A DNA stretch of 64,000 nucleotides from a virus. Each line of letters begins with the position of its first letter. Position 1 is the stretch's first letter. The stretch spans positions 1 to 64,000 of IMG/VR virus record IMGVR_UViG_3300025853_000046; one strand, written 5' to 3'. Position numbers and translations under genes: made by a program. Below the pieces are notes generated by a model. The model was not told the origin of the DNA and did no database searches. It saw nothing but the letters and a program-made list of their open reading frames with translations. Shown in pieces: positions 37,521 to 47,095 of this stretch.

Positions 37521-38209
37521 CCAAGTGGAGTAAAGGCTTGTCTAAAGGAAAAAGAAAATGTAAGGAAAGGTGAACCGGGTTGAAACTCGGTAGAAAAGTT
37601 TTCTACGAACCCGCCAATACCTGTGTAATTAGTATCTGTTGGGTCTGGAAAAACTGATGCTAATAATGTTGTTTTTCTGTCTAATTCTCTTGAGGAAAAA
37701 TCAAAAGGAATTAAAGGTAGGTCTTCTACTTTTGTTGATTCTGTGACACCTGTATGATAAGCATAATCATCACCGATACGGGATGGGTAAAGAATAACAA
37801 GTTCTGTAAGATTTTGGTGCTTTTGTAAAAATGAAGAATCTACGGATGCGTGAATTAACTGTGCTACTTCGGGTGCTGTCATTACAACTGCTTTAGTCAC
37901 ACCATCAAATTCTTTTACAATATTTTGTTCGGTAATAATTCCACCTATGTTAATTGTTTTATTTGCTATACCTAAATCAATTGCCATCGTAGTAGATTCT
38001 CCTGTAACTAATCCCGAAAGGGGGATAGGAATTGGTGCTACTTGTCTCGTAGTAGAAATAGAAATAGTTTCAGCCTTTAACATAATACGATTTGTTATTG
38101 AACCAGAACTTCCGTCTGTTCGAGATGCAAAATTAAGAAAAACTGCATGGTCGTAACCATATCCTGTATCACTCATGTTTGCCATTAAACTCTTTGTACT
38201 TTCTACCAT
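37517..38209 (-). CDS. Distal tail (Dit-like) protein
   Basis: Immediately after the tape measure gene; beta-rich (KTINIGGII; GFVENFS..FSFSF). Confidence 0.55.
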   Translation of the reverse strand: MVESTKSLMANMSDTGYGYDHAVFLNFASRTDGSSGSITNRIMLKAETISISTTRQVAPIPIPLSGLVTGESTTMAIDLGIANKTINIGGIITEQNIVKEFDGVTKAVVMTAPEVAQLIHASVDSSFLQKHQNLTELVILYPSRIGDDYAYHTGVTESTKVEDLPLIPFDFSSRELDRKTTLLASVFPDPTDTNYTGIGGFVENFSTEFQPGSPFLTFSFSFRQAFTPLG

Positions 38210-38213
38210 TTAT

Positions 38214-40289
38214 TCACGCCCTATATCCTCTTGAGTTAAACCTATTCATTTCAATGTTAATTTTATTACCAATCTTTCTCGCAATTTCATTTAATTCTTG
38301 GTCGGAAGCACCGAGTCTACCATTAACATGAACATTAATTGTAGGGCCTAAAGCACTTCGAGTATTGGTATTATTTGTAACAGAAGTTCCTCCGGGGAGT
38401 GTGACTAATTCTGGGCCATTTTCTCCGACCAAAAATTGACCTCCACCTAAAATAGTTCCTCCAGATGCCATACCTTTCGCACTGTTTTCTTTATCGTCTT
38501 TTAATCCACCATATATCATACCTCCAATAGCACCAACACCCATAACAGTGGCTACAGTTGCCAAAGCAGGTGTAGCAATTATTCCAGCCGCCGCTAAACC
38601 AGTTATAATAAGACCTGTACCCAAAGCACCCATTACCGCACCACCACCTACATTACCTGCCTTATCAAGTATAGCATCTTTTAACTCACCTAATTTTCCT
38701 AAAACAGTGCCTATGCCTATAGTAAAAGATGTTACCAAAAGTTTAATATAAAGACCCAATAGCGCACCAAGCACTACTAAAGTTCCTTCTAATATTTTTC
38801 TTGCACCACCTAACATAAGTTTTAAACCCTTTGATATTAATGTATTATCTCCTGTGTATAAACCTTTAATGATATTCCATATACCCTTAAAGTAACTAAT
38901 GAATCCTTCAAATATTACCGTAGCCGCTTGCCATATTAATTCAAAATATATTCTAAATTCAGGCCATTTAACCTTTATGAATTCGGCTATTTTATCCCAA
39001 ATGCCTGTTCTTTTCATAGTATAAACAATAAGACCTATTCCTAATATTACTAATAAAGCGTAGCCCAAGAAAGCAAATGAGGCTTTTAGTGTATTTAACA
39101 TAAGACTTATATTACCTCTTGAAAAAAATGTTCCTAACCCTTTTCTTACCGATGCCAATTTGTCGTCTATTCGCTTTCTAAATTTTTGATACTGTAATTG
39201 TTTCTTTTCAAAATATCCTAAATCTGTAAATTTTCGAGAACCTGCCGCACCGCTTACTTTAAAACCTTTTAATTTTGAATCTTTTATTACAGAACTTCTT
39301 TCCTTAAACGCAATTTGCATGTCAGCATCTAAACCTTCAATAGACTCTCCTAATGTGCTTAATAATTCTCCTACTAAGTCAGACTCTTTTTCTAATTCTT
39401 TTTCTAATTCTTTAGGTAAAAGGCCCGCTTTCAAAGCGGCCACTTGCCTTTCTACTGCCCTTCTCCCACCCGGTACTCTACTTTCTTTTAATCTACCCTC
39501 TAATTTTGTAATCTCAGATTTTGTATCTGATTGTTTGTCAAGTTTAGTTTGTATTAAGGTTTTTCTTATTCTGGCATCAGTCTTTTCGGAAGTAAGACCC
39601 ATTCTTCTTTTCTTCATTCCCCCTATTTCGTCATCGGCCATCAAAATACCGGCTTTAGCCTCAAGATTTTTTCCAAACATTCTTCTCATATTTACGATAG
39701 GGCCTAAACTTTTATCAAAGTTTTTACCTTTAAAATTTTCTTTTACAAATTGTCTTCTCGCTTTAGAAAGAATTTTTTCATCTGCTTTTCTTGCAGTTTC
39801 TTGAACACCCCTAAATCTTTTTTGTGTTACATTCAGTGCCTCAGTCAAAGACATGGTTTTCATTAAATGTTTAATTGAAGCATCTTTGTAAAATTTTTCC
39901 TTTTCAAGAAAACTTAATTCACCCTTTTTATCTTTTTTAATTGATGTTTCAAGATTATACAATCTGCGTTGAATAGATTCTCTTTTCTTTAGACTCTCAA
40001 TCATTTCTTGTTCAGCCTTAAGGTCAGCGTTTCTCGCTACAACTAAGTATTTAAACACCAACAACATAGAAGAAAGTTGTTGCATTAATTGATAAACGCC
40101 GGGAATACCAGCACTTGCTCTTGTCACAATACTTCTTATGATACCACCTTTATTACCAATAGAAGACAAGTCAGCCAAACGCTGAACCATGTCTTTAGAT
40201 GTATTTTCTGTTTCCAGAAGAAGTGAATTAATATCTTCCATTCCACCCTTGATTGAATCAAGTTCACGGCGTAATTTATTCATATCCAT
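38214..40289 (-). CDS. Tape measure protein
   Basis: Long helical/coiled-coil protein with hydrophobic G/A-rich segments and C-terminal MASGG..FLVGENGPELV; follows the chaperone genes. Confidence 0.85.
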   Translation of the reverse strand: MDMNKLRRELDSIKGGMEDINSLLLETENTSKDMVQRLADLSSIGNKGGIIRSIVTRASAGIPGVYQLMQQLSSMLLVFKYLVVARNADLKAEQEMIESLKKRESIQRRLYNLETSIKKDKKGELSFLEKEKFYKDASIKHLMKTMSLTEALNVTQKRFRGVQETARKADEKILSKARRQFVKENFKGKNFDKSLGPIVNMRRMFGKNLEAKAGILMADDEIGGMKKRRMGLTSEKTDARIRKTLIQTKLDKQSDTKSEITKLEGRLKESRVPGGRRAVERQVAALKAGLLPKELEKELEKESDLVGELLSTLGESIEGLDADMQIAFKERSSVIKDSKLKGFKVSGAAGSRKFTDLGYFEKKQLQYQKFRKRIDDKLASVRKGLGTFFSRGNISLMLNTLKASFAFLGYALLVILGIGLIVYTMKRTGIWDKIAEFIKVKWPEFRIYFELIWQAATVIFEGFISYFKGIWNIIKGLYTGDNTLISKGLKLMLGGARKILEGTLVVLGALLGLYIKLLVTSFTIGIGTVLGKLGELKDAILDKAGNVGGGAVMGALGTGLIITGLAAAGIIATPALATVATVMGVGAIGGMIYGGLKDDKENSAKGMASGGTILGGGQFLVGENGPELVTLPGGTSVTNNTNTRSALGPTINVHVNGRLGASDQELNEIARKIGNKINIEMNRFNSRGYRA

Positions 40290-40293
40290 TTAA

Positions 40294-40512
40294 TCACATC
40301 TTTGATTTTTGCTTTGCATTTTCCATAACCTTCATTTCTTCTTCCTTTGAGATAGAAAACATAATCATAAAATCCCGAACCATAGAATACGGCATTTGGT
40401 ATGCCTCGGCCGGAGTAATACTAAGTTCCTTTGCCAAGATATATAAAGTTATCCGAGAAGCGGTAACTGGAGAATCTATTTTTCCCCCACTTAAGGCTGT
40501 TCGGTAGGTTCT
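40294..40512 (-). CDS. Tail assembly chaperone gpT-like extension (expressed by -1 frameshift)
   Basis: Open -1 frame RTYRTALSGGKIDSPVTASRITLYILAKELSITPAEAYQMP...KSKM, with no suitable start of its own at the 5' end. Confidence 0.7.
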   Translation of the reverse strand, partial: RTYRTALSGGKIDSPVTASRITLYILAKELSITPAEAYQMPYSMVRDFMIMFSISKEEEMKVMENAKQKSKM

Positions 40513-40865
40513 TTTAAATCTTCATCCCCCTCAAGAGCGAAAGGGTCGGGTAAGATTTCTTTAATTTGATTACCAACATAAGGAGTAAGTCTAATAAATT
40601 CAACTGGTGATAATACAGGTTCTGTTTTATCAACGAATGCCTCCCAAAGATAACGGAATAGTGTATCCATTTCAAGAGAAATGTCTTGTGTGCGTGAATT
40701 TAAATTAATAAGTTTAGCCTGTGCCTTCTCCAGTTGTAAGAAAGTAGGTTCTTTAATCCAGACCTTGAGGTATTCATCACTGTCAGGGGCTACACGAATG
40801 TAATGCAATACACTTTCACTTGTCGCAAATAGGGCTGATTTATTCTTTACTGTCTTTTTATCCAT
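40491..40865 (-). CDS. Tail assembly chaperone (gpG-like)
   Basis: Between tail tube and TMP; slippery heptamer near its 3' end. Confidence 0.75.
   Translation of the reverse strand: MDKKTVKNKSALFATSESVLHYIRVAPDSDEYLKVWIKEPTFLQLEKAQAKLINLNSRTQDISLEMDTLFRYLWEAFVDKTEPVLSPVEFIRLTPYVGNQIKEILPDPFALEGDEDLKEPTEQP
40512..40518 (-). other. -1 ribosomal frameshift slippery site T TTA AAA
   Basis: X XXY YYZ heptamer in the correct frame (GAT TTA AAA GAA). Confidence 0.7.
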
Positions 40866-40910
40866 AGGTAATCACCTTGTTAATAACTACGCAAGGGTTG
40901 GTCTTTAAAC

Positions 40911-42557
40911 TTATCCTTGAATAATCCAATTTGTTGCATGAGTACACGAATGTAACTCAAGAGGTTGAATAGTCCAATTAACTGTAATTGGGCCTTTGTC
41001 ATTTGTAAGTGGGAAGTCTGCATTTGTCACCATGAAGTCCTTGAAAACCATTGACAAAGTTTCATCATTGGTTGTAGTGTCTTTGACAAAGTTAATTTTA
41101 ATTTGATTGCCGTCAGTTCCCGATAGAGAAGTAGCGGCATTATTACGCAGTTCCTCGAAAAGAAGATTGTCAGTGACTAAACCTGTAAAGGAAAGACTGT
41201 AAGTTCTTTGACCGGGAATATGTGTTTGACTGTTCTTATCGTAGCGACCAATAAATCTCTTTGGTTGTAGGCTATTTGAAATATCCAAAGTCATGTTCTC
41301 AATACGAATATAGTCCTGCCCAAACATCTCAATTGTTCCATCGGAGAAGAAAAAAGGTCGTAATTGTTCTTCACTAATATTTGCTTGACCGCCTTTAGGA
41401 GAACCAAAGTTAACCCAATCTTGAAGGTCGGTAGTTTTGTTGGCAGTCACATAATTATTAGGTGCAGTAAATGTATTTTTTGAGTTAAAATTAACATTCA
41501 TTTTAACTTCCTGCCCAGCATCTGCTGTAATATTAAGACTTTCAACTTGACAGCCGGGGTAAATCTTAGAATAAACTGTTTCCGAAATATTTCTTGCTAC
41601 ACCGTTCACAGTGGTTGAAGTAATATCAACTTCTTCCGTAGCCATACTTGCTGGCTTTTTAAGTGTGTATTCGAGAGCAAACGAAGGTAAAATGTGAGAA
41701 TTATTTTCACTAAAGGTGTATGTAATTTTATTTGTTTGAGTATGATTAACTGCCTTTAAATCCGAAGCATCATAATCATCCGGAACACGCTGAATAGGTG
41801 GGCAAATAGTAGTGCCTACAACACGGTAAAATCTTTTTCCACCCGGACTTGAACTTGCAGAATCATAAATAAAGTTATTACCACTTGCACCCGAACCTGC
41901 AATATTAGTCACGGTATTAAAAGATTTATCCGAATCAACAGAAGGTAGTGTGACGGCTGTTTCATTTGTCACTGTTGTAATATCCATATCCCCTAATGCG
42001 TAGTAAAGCCATGAAAAGTTATTTGCAGATAGAGAAAAAGAACCACCGGAGGTAGTTTCTGCACCCTTAAATTGATAAGCCATATTTCGAGTTCCCGAAG
42101 AAAGTGCAATTTGTTTCATTTCAATTGCGGTAGAAGGAATTGTTACTTGGTCTGTAAGTCCAATCCAAGTATCAGAAAGAAGTCGGGGGTTGGAACTATC
42201 TTTAGGTGCTGGAACAGGTGCGCCAAGTCCCTTAATAATACCATAGTAATTTTCAGCAGTTGTTGTCATACCCGCAATCACACTGTCATTAAAAGTAATA
42301 GTAGTAGCGGTATTTGAAGTAATAATTGTTTTGTCTTGAAAGGTGTCGTCGGCATCTAAATATAATTCTAATTCACAGCCACGATATAAATTTGTCACTA
42401 AACTAAATTCGTCAGTAAAATCCGAACCAAGTAAAACTGTTAATGTATTACCATTATCTGTTTCTCCACCGGCTTCAAACTTACCTAAATATATATCTTG
42501 TTCAGGTATCATAGATACCATCGCCCCACTGTCCATCCAAATTTCATTACTTACCAT
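40911..42557 (-). CDS. Major tail tube protein with extra domains
   Basis: WLYYALG, PSFALE, YPGCQVESLNI, LDISNSL, GQRTYSLSF; position upstream of the chaperones. Confidence 0.75.
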   Translation of the reverse strand: MVSNEIWMDSGAMVSMIPEQDIYLGKFEAGGETDNGNTLTVLLGSDFTDEFSLVTNLYRGCELELYLDADDTFQDKTIITSNTATTITFNDSVIAGMTTTAENYYGIIKGLGAPVPAPKDSSNPRLLSDTWIGLTDQVTIPSTAIEMKQIALSSGTRNMAYQFKGAETTSGGSFSLSANNFSWLYYALGDMDITTVTNETAVTLPSVDSDKSFNTVTNIAGSGASGNNFIYDSASSSPGGKRFYRVVGTTICPPIQRVPDDYDASDLKAVNHTQTNKITYTFSENNSHILPSFALEYTLKKPASMATEEVDITSTTVNGVARNISETVYSKIYPGCQVESLNITADAGQEVKMNVNFNSKNTFTAPNNYVTANKTTDLQDWVNFGSPKGGQANISEEQLRPFFFSDGTIEMFGQDYIRIENMTLDISNSLQPKRFIGRYDKNSQTHIPGQRTYSLSFTGLVTDNLLFEELRNNAATSLSGTDGNQIKINFVKDTTTNDETLSMVFKDFMVTNADFPLTNDKGPITVNWTIQPLELHSCTHATNWIIQG

Positions 42558-42573
42558 TTTTAATCACCTTTTA

Positions 42574-43167
42574 TTACAAACTGTTGGCGAATCTCTTCAT
42601 AGTCACATTTATTCTATATCCAAATATTCTTGATTTTTTATCATTAGCGTCAGTTCGACTTCCCAGTATAAGATGTTTAATGTTTTCTTCTAAACTACCC
42701 GCACTTCGGAACCAGCCCCTCCGGTTTGTTTCAATGATGTATCGCACTATCTTATAAAGGTTTTCTATTCTGTCACGACCAAAAGTAGAACCCGTAGGTG
42801 CAACTCTCGCATTATCATTAGTCCGTCTATCATCTTGTTTTGTCCTAATACTTACAGACATTTCATGTGTTTCATTTCTTACAGACCAATCACGAGTAGG
42901 ATATTCAACAGTTTGAGAGTTTTGCATTACAGCAATAACATCTAAAGAAGGTGTAACTCCGTCTGCTGTAACTTCTGAAGCCGCACTAATTCTTACTTTA
43001 TTACCACCTCTTCCCGGCTTTGCTGTATTACGAGTAGAACTCATATCTCGTATATCCATAATCTGAGGTTTAACTCTATGAATTGCAGGAATAGCAGAAC
43101 CTAAAGCAGTAACAGCGGTATTCCAATATTCGTCAAGTAGTGTAACTAAATATGTAACTTCATCCAC
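42574..43167 (-). CDS. Tail terminator/head-tail joining protein candidate
   Basis: Position directly upstream of the tail tube gene; alpha/beta 197 aa. Confidence 0.5.
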   Translation of the reverse strand: MDEVTYLVTLLDEYWNTAVTALGSAIPAIHRVKPQIMDIRDMSSTRNTAKPGRGGNKVRISAASEVTADGVTPSLDVIAVMQNSQTVEYPTRDWSVRNETHEMSVSIRTKQDDRRTNDNARVAPTGSTFGRDRIENLYKIVRYIIETNRRGWFRSAGSLEENIKHLILGSRTDANDKKSRIFGYRINVTMKRFANSL

Positions 43168-44002
43168 GATTTCTCCTCTCCCTTAATTCTCTTTCTGTAA
43201 TCTCTTCCTCATAGTCTTCGGTTGTTCCATATCCGCCCATTACCTCATCATCTACACCCATTCCGTAGTCCATACTTTCCGCATACCATTTGTCATAAAT
43301 AATTTCTTGAACTAATGACATATCTTTTAATGAAGTTTCTGCCTGTAGTTCGGCAGTTCTTTGTAATATAATTTGTTTCAATAATATAATTTCTTTATCA
43401 CCTGTATCTCTTATATCTATCCCCATTTCATAAGCAATATCAGGCCAAGTTAAATTACCAATTCCCTCCATATTTTTTAATTCAACACTATCCATATTAT
43501 AAATTAATTGGTCTAAAGTATCAATAAACTTTTCAGAAATAGACATTCTGTTCTGCGTGTTTTTTCTATCCATTTCTAATTCAAATAAATAATTATTAAT
43601 TAGTTCAAGCATTTCTTCTAACTGTTCTGATAAAATTTCTATATCACTAACATTTACTCTTCTTTTTTCCTTTTCAATTTTATGTTGAGTTAATAAATTA
43701 AGTATTTTATCGGGTTCTAATTGTAGGATTAATGGAGATAATTCAACTAATAAACCATTTGCGCTATCATATGTCAAGGCAATTTCTTCCACATATCTTT
43801 GAGTAACTTTAATATATTTTAAAACTTTAGGATAACCATTAACAATATTATTAATATTATTTGTAACAATATTTTTTAAATATTTTTCAATTTCCACTAC
43901 TTTATATTCAGGTATCTTAGGAGGTATAAAATCATCAGACAATGGGTTATTTTCAGGTTCTATGTCCTGTATTTCTATCTTTAAAATTGACTCCCAAATC
44001 AT
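43160..44002 (-). CDS. Acidic hypothetical protein with W-x-x-I-L-K leader
   Basis: Starts MIWESILK. Confidence 0.7.
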   Translation of the reverse strand: MIWESILKIEIQDIEPENNPLSDDFIPPKIPEYKVVEIEKYLKNIVTNNINNIVNGYPKVLKYIKVTQRYVEEIALTYDSANGLLVELSPLILQLEPDKILNLLTQHKIEKEKRRVNVSDIEILSEQLEEMLELINNYLFELEMDRKNTQNRMSISEKFIDTLDQLIYNMDSVELKNMEGIGNLTWPDIAYEMGIDIRDTGDKEIILLKQIILQRTAELQAETSLKDMSLVQEIIYDKWYAESMDYGMGVDDEVMGGYGTTEDYEEEITERELRERRNRG

Positions 44003-44205
44003 TCAAAAGCCTCCTCAATTCTTCTTTGAATAACTTGAACAACTTCCTGTTCGATAATCTGTTCCATTATTTCATCGCTCATTTTTTCACCCAAAGTTCT
44101 TTCGGTGTAGTCCTGTATATCCTCATTTTGCTGAACAACAGTTTCTAATATAGTCTCCATATCGAGTTGAACCATTCGCATTTTTTCTAAAATTTTACGA
44201 AACAT
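43999..44205 (-). CDS. Hypothetical protein
   Basis: Coupled ORF, helical. Confidence 0.55.
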   Translation of the reverse strand: MFRKILEKMRMVQLDMETILETVVQQNEDIQDYTERTLGEKMSDEIMEQIIEQEVVQVIQRRIEEAFE

Positions 44206-45205
44206 CTCTACGACCCCGTTTTCCTCTCACTGGTTTTAATTTACCAGACTTATCTTTTAATTTTTTTTGTGCTTCAAGAAGTTTTCTTTTCTTCTCTTCT
44301 GCTTCTCTCATTTTAGACCCAAGTTCAGCCGCTTCTCTTAAATTTAAATCTCTGGATTCTTGTTCTTTAATCGGTATTTCTCTTGGAACTAATTTAGCCT
44401 TTTCTCTATCCCATTGAGATTCGGGATTAGCGGCTTCTAATTGACGAATATTTTCTTCTTCTGTAAGTTCTTCCTCACCCTTCTCTCTTAAATCCCGTTC
44501 TTCGTAGTCTTGTTCTACTAATTCAATTACCATATCTGTAATTCTATTTCTTAATTCAGACTCACTATCAAATACTTCATTATCTGATAATTGAATGTCT
44601 CCCTCTACTGTTGTAAAAATATAGTCTCCCTCTTGTTCTCGAAAAAATACATGGACATATTTTCTACTTAAATCCTTTGCTCTAAATGAAATATTTAATG
44701 CAATTTTACCATCACGGTCTTCACCATCTACAAGTCTAACATTTGTTCTTCTACCATATTTATCTAAAGGAACTTCTCCTCTAAGATTTCTTCGTAGGCG
44801 AGATTTAAAATTTTCCCAATCACGAAGTTTTAAATACTCACCGGAACTTGTTTTTAACTTTTCAAGGTCTTCTTGTTGGTTTAATTTAACCATTTTGGCT
44901 GGTATCGGCGGCAATGATTTCTTCTCTTTCTTTCTACGCTTTTTCGCCACTCGTTCATATCCTTCAGGAAAACTTCTACCAATAAATCTATTCATTTTTT
45001 CCTTAATAAGAGACATAGGCAAAATATGCTTACCTGTTTGTGTATGTAGTTTTTTATATTCATTAATTATACTATTTATTACATCTTCAATTATATATTC
45101 ATCTTGATAACCTGTTTTTTCTACATGTTCAAGAAGTAGTTTTTTAAAAATACTTCCTATAACTTTACTTTTGACTTTGAGAATATCCGACCACATAATT
45201 ACCAA
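44195..45205 (-). CDS. Charged hypothetical protein with W-x-x-I-L-K leader
   Basis: MWSDILK, probable start at 45196. Confidence 0.7.
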   Translation of the reverse strand: MVIMWSDILKVKSKVIGSIFKKLLLEHVEKTGYQDEYIIEDVINSIINEYKKLHTQTGKHILPMSLIKEKMNRFIGRSFPEGYERVAKKRRKKEKKSLPPIPAKMVKLNQQEDLEKLKTSSGEYLKLRDWENFKSRLRRNLRGEVPLDKYGRRTNVRLVDGEDRDGKIALNISFRAKDLSRKYVHVFFREQEGDYIFTTVEGDIQLSDNEVFDSESELRNRITDMVIELVEQDYEERDLREKGEEELTEEENIRQLEAANPESQWDREKAKLVPREIPIKEQESRDLNLREAAELGSKMREAEEKKRKLLEAQKKLKDKSGKLKPVRGKRGRRDVS

Positions 45206-46014
45206 TCCCTACAAGCCATACAACGGGCTGAATAATCCCCACCTTTACATGTAGAACATTTATGTCTTGCTCTAAAAGATTTTTTACGCTTAGTATTTCC
45301 TCGCTTACCTGTTACTGAAACACCTCTTTGCCCCCAATGAACACGCTTATATCCACCTTTACCATTAGGAACGCAAGCCATCCATTTTTTACCCTTTCGA
45401 GTAGAACTTGTCTTTTTTGTTCTTTTAGTGCATTGTGATGAAGCCTTAGAAACTTCTTTTCCATCACAGCCACAGCCGCAACCTGAATCCATATTTTCAA
45501 TATCAGGTTTAGATTTAGGCGGCTTATCTTTATCTTTGTATGGAATTTCTAATATCTGTTTTATCTTGTCGGAAAGAGTGGGGTTATTTTCGTATTCATT
45601 TTCTCCTGTTACATAATCTATGTCCTCTTCCATTTCCGAAGTTATTTTCTTAGGCTTTACTTTACCGTAATCCTTTGCTTTTATAATTTGATATGTAGTT
45701 ATTCTGGAAACTCTACCAAGATTTTCAAGTTTTCCATCTCTAATTAATTTACCAAATGCAGTTTTAATTTGACCTGTAAATTTATGATTAAGAAATTGAC
45801 TAAAACCTGCTAATCTTCCGTCTTCGATTTCCGACCAATTGTTTCTCATGTATTGAATAATTTGTTTTTTATCTCTTTCAATATCTTCAATAGTCACTCT
45901 TTCCGATGGACTATTTTCTATATAATTTCTAATACCCTCATATACTTTTTGTCTGTATATAGGGTAATTTACTCTACTACTTCCCTTTAATATTTCTTCC
46001 CACATATCAATCAC
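45199..46014 (-). CDS. Hypothetical protein with W-x-x-I-L-K leader and basic Cys-rich C-terminal domain
   Basis: MWEEILK (probable start 46005); GCGCGC; KRVHWGQ..RKKSFRARHKC. Confidence 0.7.
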   Translation of the reverse strand: MIDMWEEILKGSSRVNYPIYRQKVYEGIRNYIENSPSERVTIEDIERDKKQIIQYMRNNWSEIEDGRLAGFSQFLNHKFTGQIKTAFGKLIRDGKLENLGRVSRITTYQIIKAKDYGKVKPKKITSEMEEDIDYVTGENEYENNPTLSDKIKQILEIPYKDKDKPPKSKPDIENMDSGCGCGCDGKEVSKASSQCTKRTKKTSSTRKGKKWMACVPNGKGGYKRVHWGQRGVSVTGKRGNTKRKKSFRARHKCSTCKGGDYSARCMACRDW

Positions 46015-47095
46015 TATCCAAATAATAAACCACTCGGCGTTTCATGCGTAGAATCTTGTCTACATCTGCTTTATAGGAATCGTATTTACTTTTTAAATCT
46101 ATACCATTAGTAGAATCATTTCCTAATAAGACATAAGAATCATCACCTGCGATAAGTTCACAGGCGGTAAGTTTTGTAGCGGCATCTTCGATAACTGCTG
46201 GAACTCGAATATTTCCGCATGTATATGTGACCTTAACTGAATGTTTATGTTGTGTAGGGAATTCACTTCGGAAGAAAATATCTCCCATATCTTTCATATC
46301 CCACCATGCGGAATTACGGTCATAGTCTTCTTTATTTGTAAATTGAGTGCGAGAATTAGTTCCTCCATTAACTGCAAGTGTGCAATTAGAACCATCCGAA
46401 CCGGGGAGTAAAGAAATAATTGTTATAGTTTCATCTTCTTCTAAATTAGCGTAAAAAAAGTCGGATATATTATATGCGTTACCTCCATCTTGTAAAGCCT
46501 TTTTAGCAGTTCCACCTGTAAAGGGGGCAGTAATTGTAGGCACTTGTTCATTGATAAGGTAGCAAATATCCTGTGCAGTAGTTCTTTGTCCGTAAGCCTT
46601 GTTAAACTTATCATTATCAGTAATACCTGAACTGTCGGGTGATAGAGTCCAAGTTAATCCTCCACCTGTAAGAACAATTGATGTAAGATTAGTATAATCA
46701 TCTATTGTTAATGTTGCTACTACCGAGGCAATATCTGTATAAACTGAACCATCCCAAATAGCAATTCGTAAAATCTTACGAATATTTTCGTGATGTAGTC
46801 TTATTTTTCCAATGTAATCTTCATAAAAATATACCTGATTATTACTGCGAGCAAAATCGTGAAATTCATTTTCTATTAAATTGTCTCTCCAAGAAGAGTT
46901 TGTAAATTCGTCAATGTAATCTTCAGACCTACGCATTAAATCTCCAACTTCTGCTAAAGTGGGAGAAGTAGAAGAAGAAAAATCAGCAATACCTAATAGT
47001 GCGGCCACCTTTACAGCGGTTGTGTATGCCCCTCCACCTGTTGTATAATTTACAACATTAAGTCCGGAATCGGAAGGAGTCATCATCTTAACCAT
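46007..47095 (-). CDS. Head-tail adaptor/connector protein
   Basis: YTT...VAALL, EDYIDEFT, VKVTYTCG..VPAVIEDAATKL typical of gp6/gp15-like connectors. Confidence 0.7.
   Translation of the reverse strand: MVKMMTPSDSGLNVVNYTTGGGAYTTAVKVAALLGIADFSSSTSPTLAEVGDLMRRSEDYIDEFTNSSWRDNLIENEFHDFARSNNQVYFYEDYIGKIRLHHENIRKILRIAIWDGSVYTDIASVVATLTIDDYTNLTSIVLTGGGLTWTLSPDSSGITDNDKFNKAYGQRTTAQDICYLINEQVPTITAPFTGGTAKKALQDGGNAYNISDFFYANLEEDETITIISLLPGSDGSNCTLAVNGGTNSRTQFTNKEDYDRNSAWWDMKDMGDIFFRSEFPTQHKHSVKVTYTCGNIRVPAVIEDAATKLTACELIAGDDSYVLLGNDSTNGIDLKSKYDSYKADVDKILRMKRRVVYYLDSD

Noticed and set aside
40911-42557. 548-aa tail protein considered as a contractile sheath
   Set aside because: Motifs and position (directly before the chaperone/TMP genes, no separate tube gene) fit a tail tube with extra domains; no PGVY-type sheath motif
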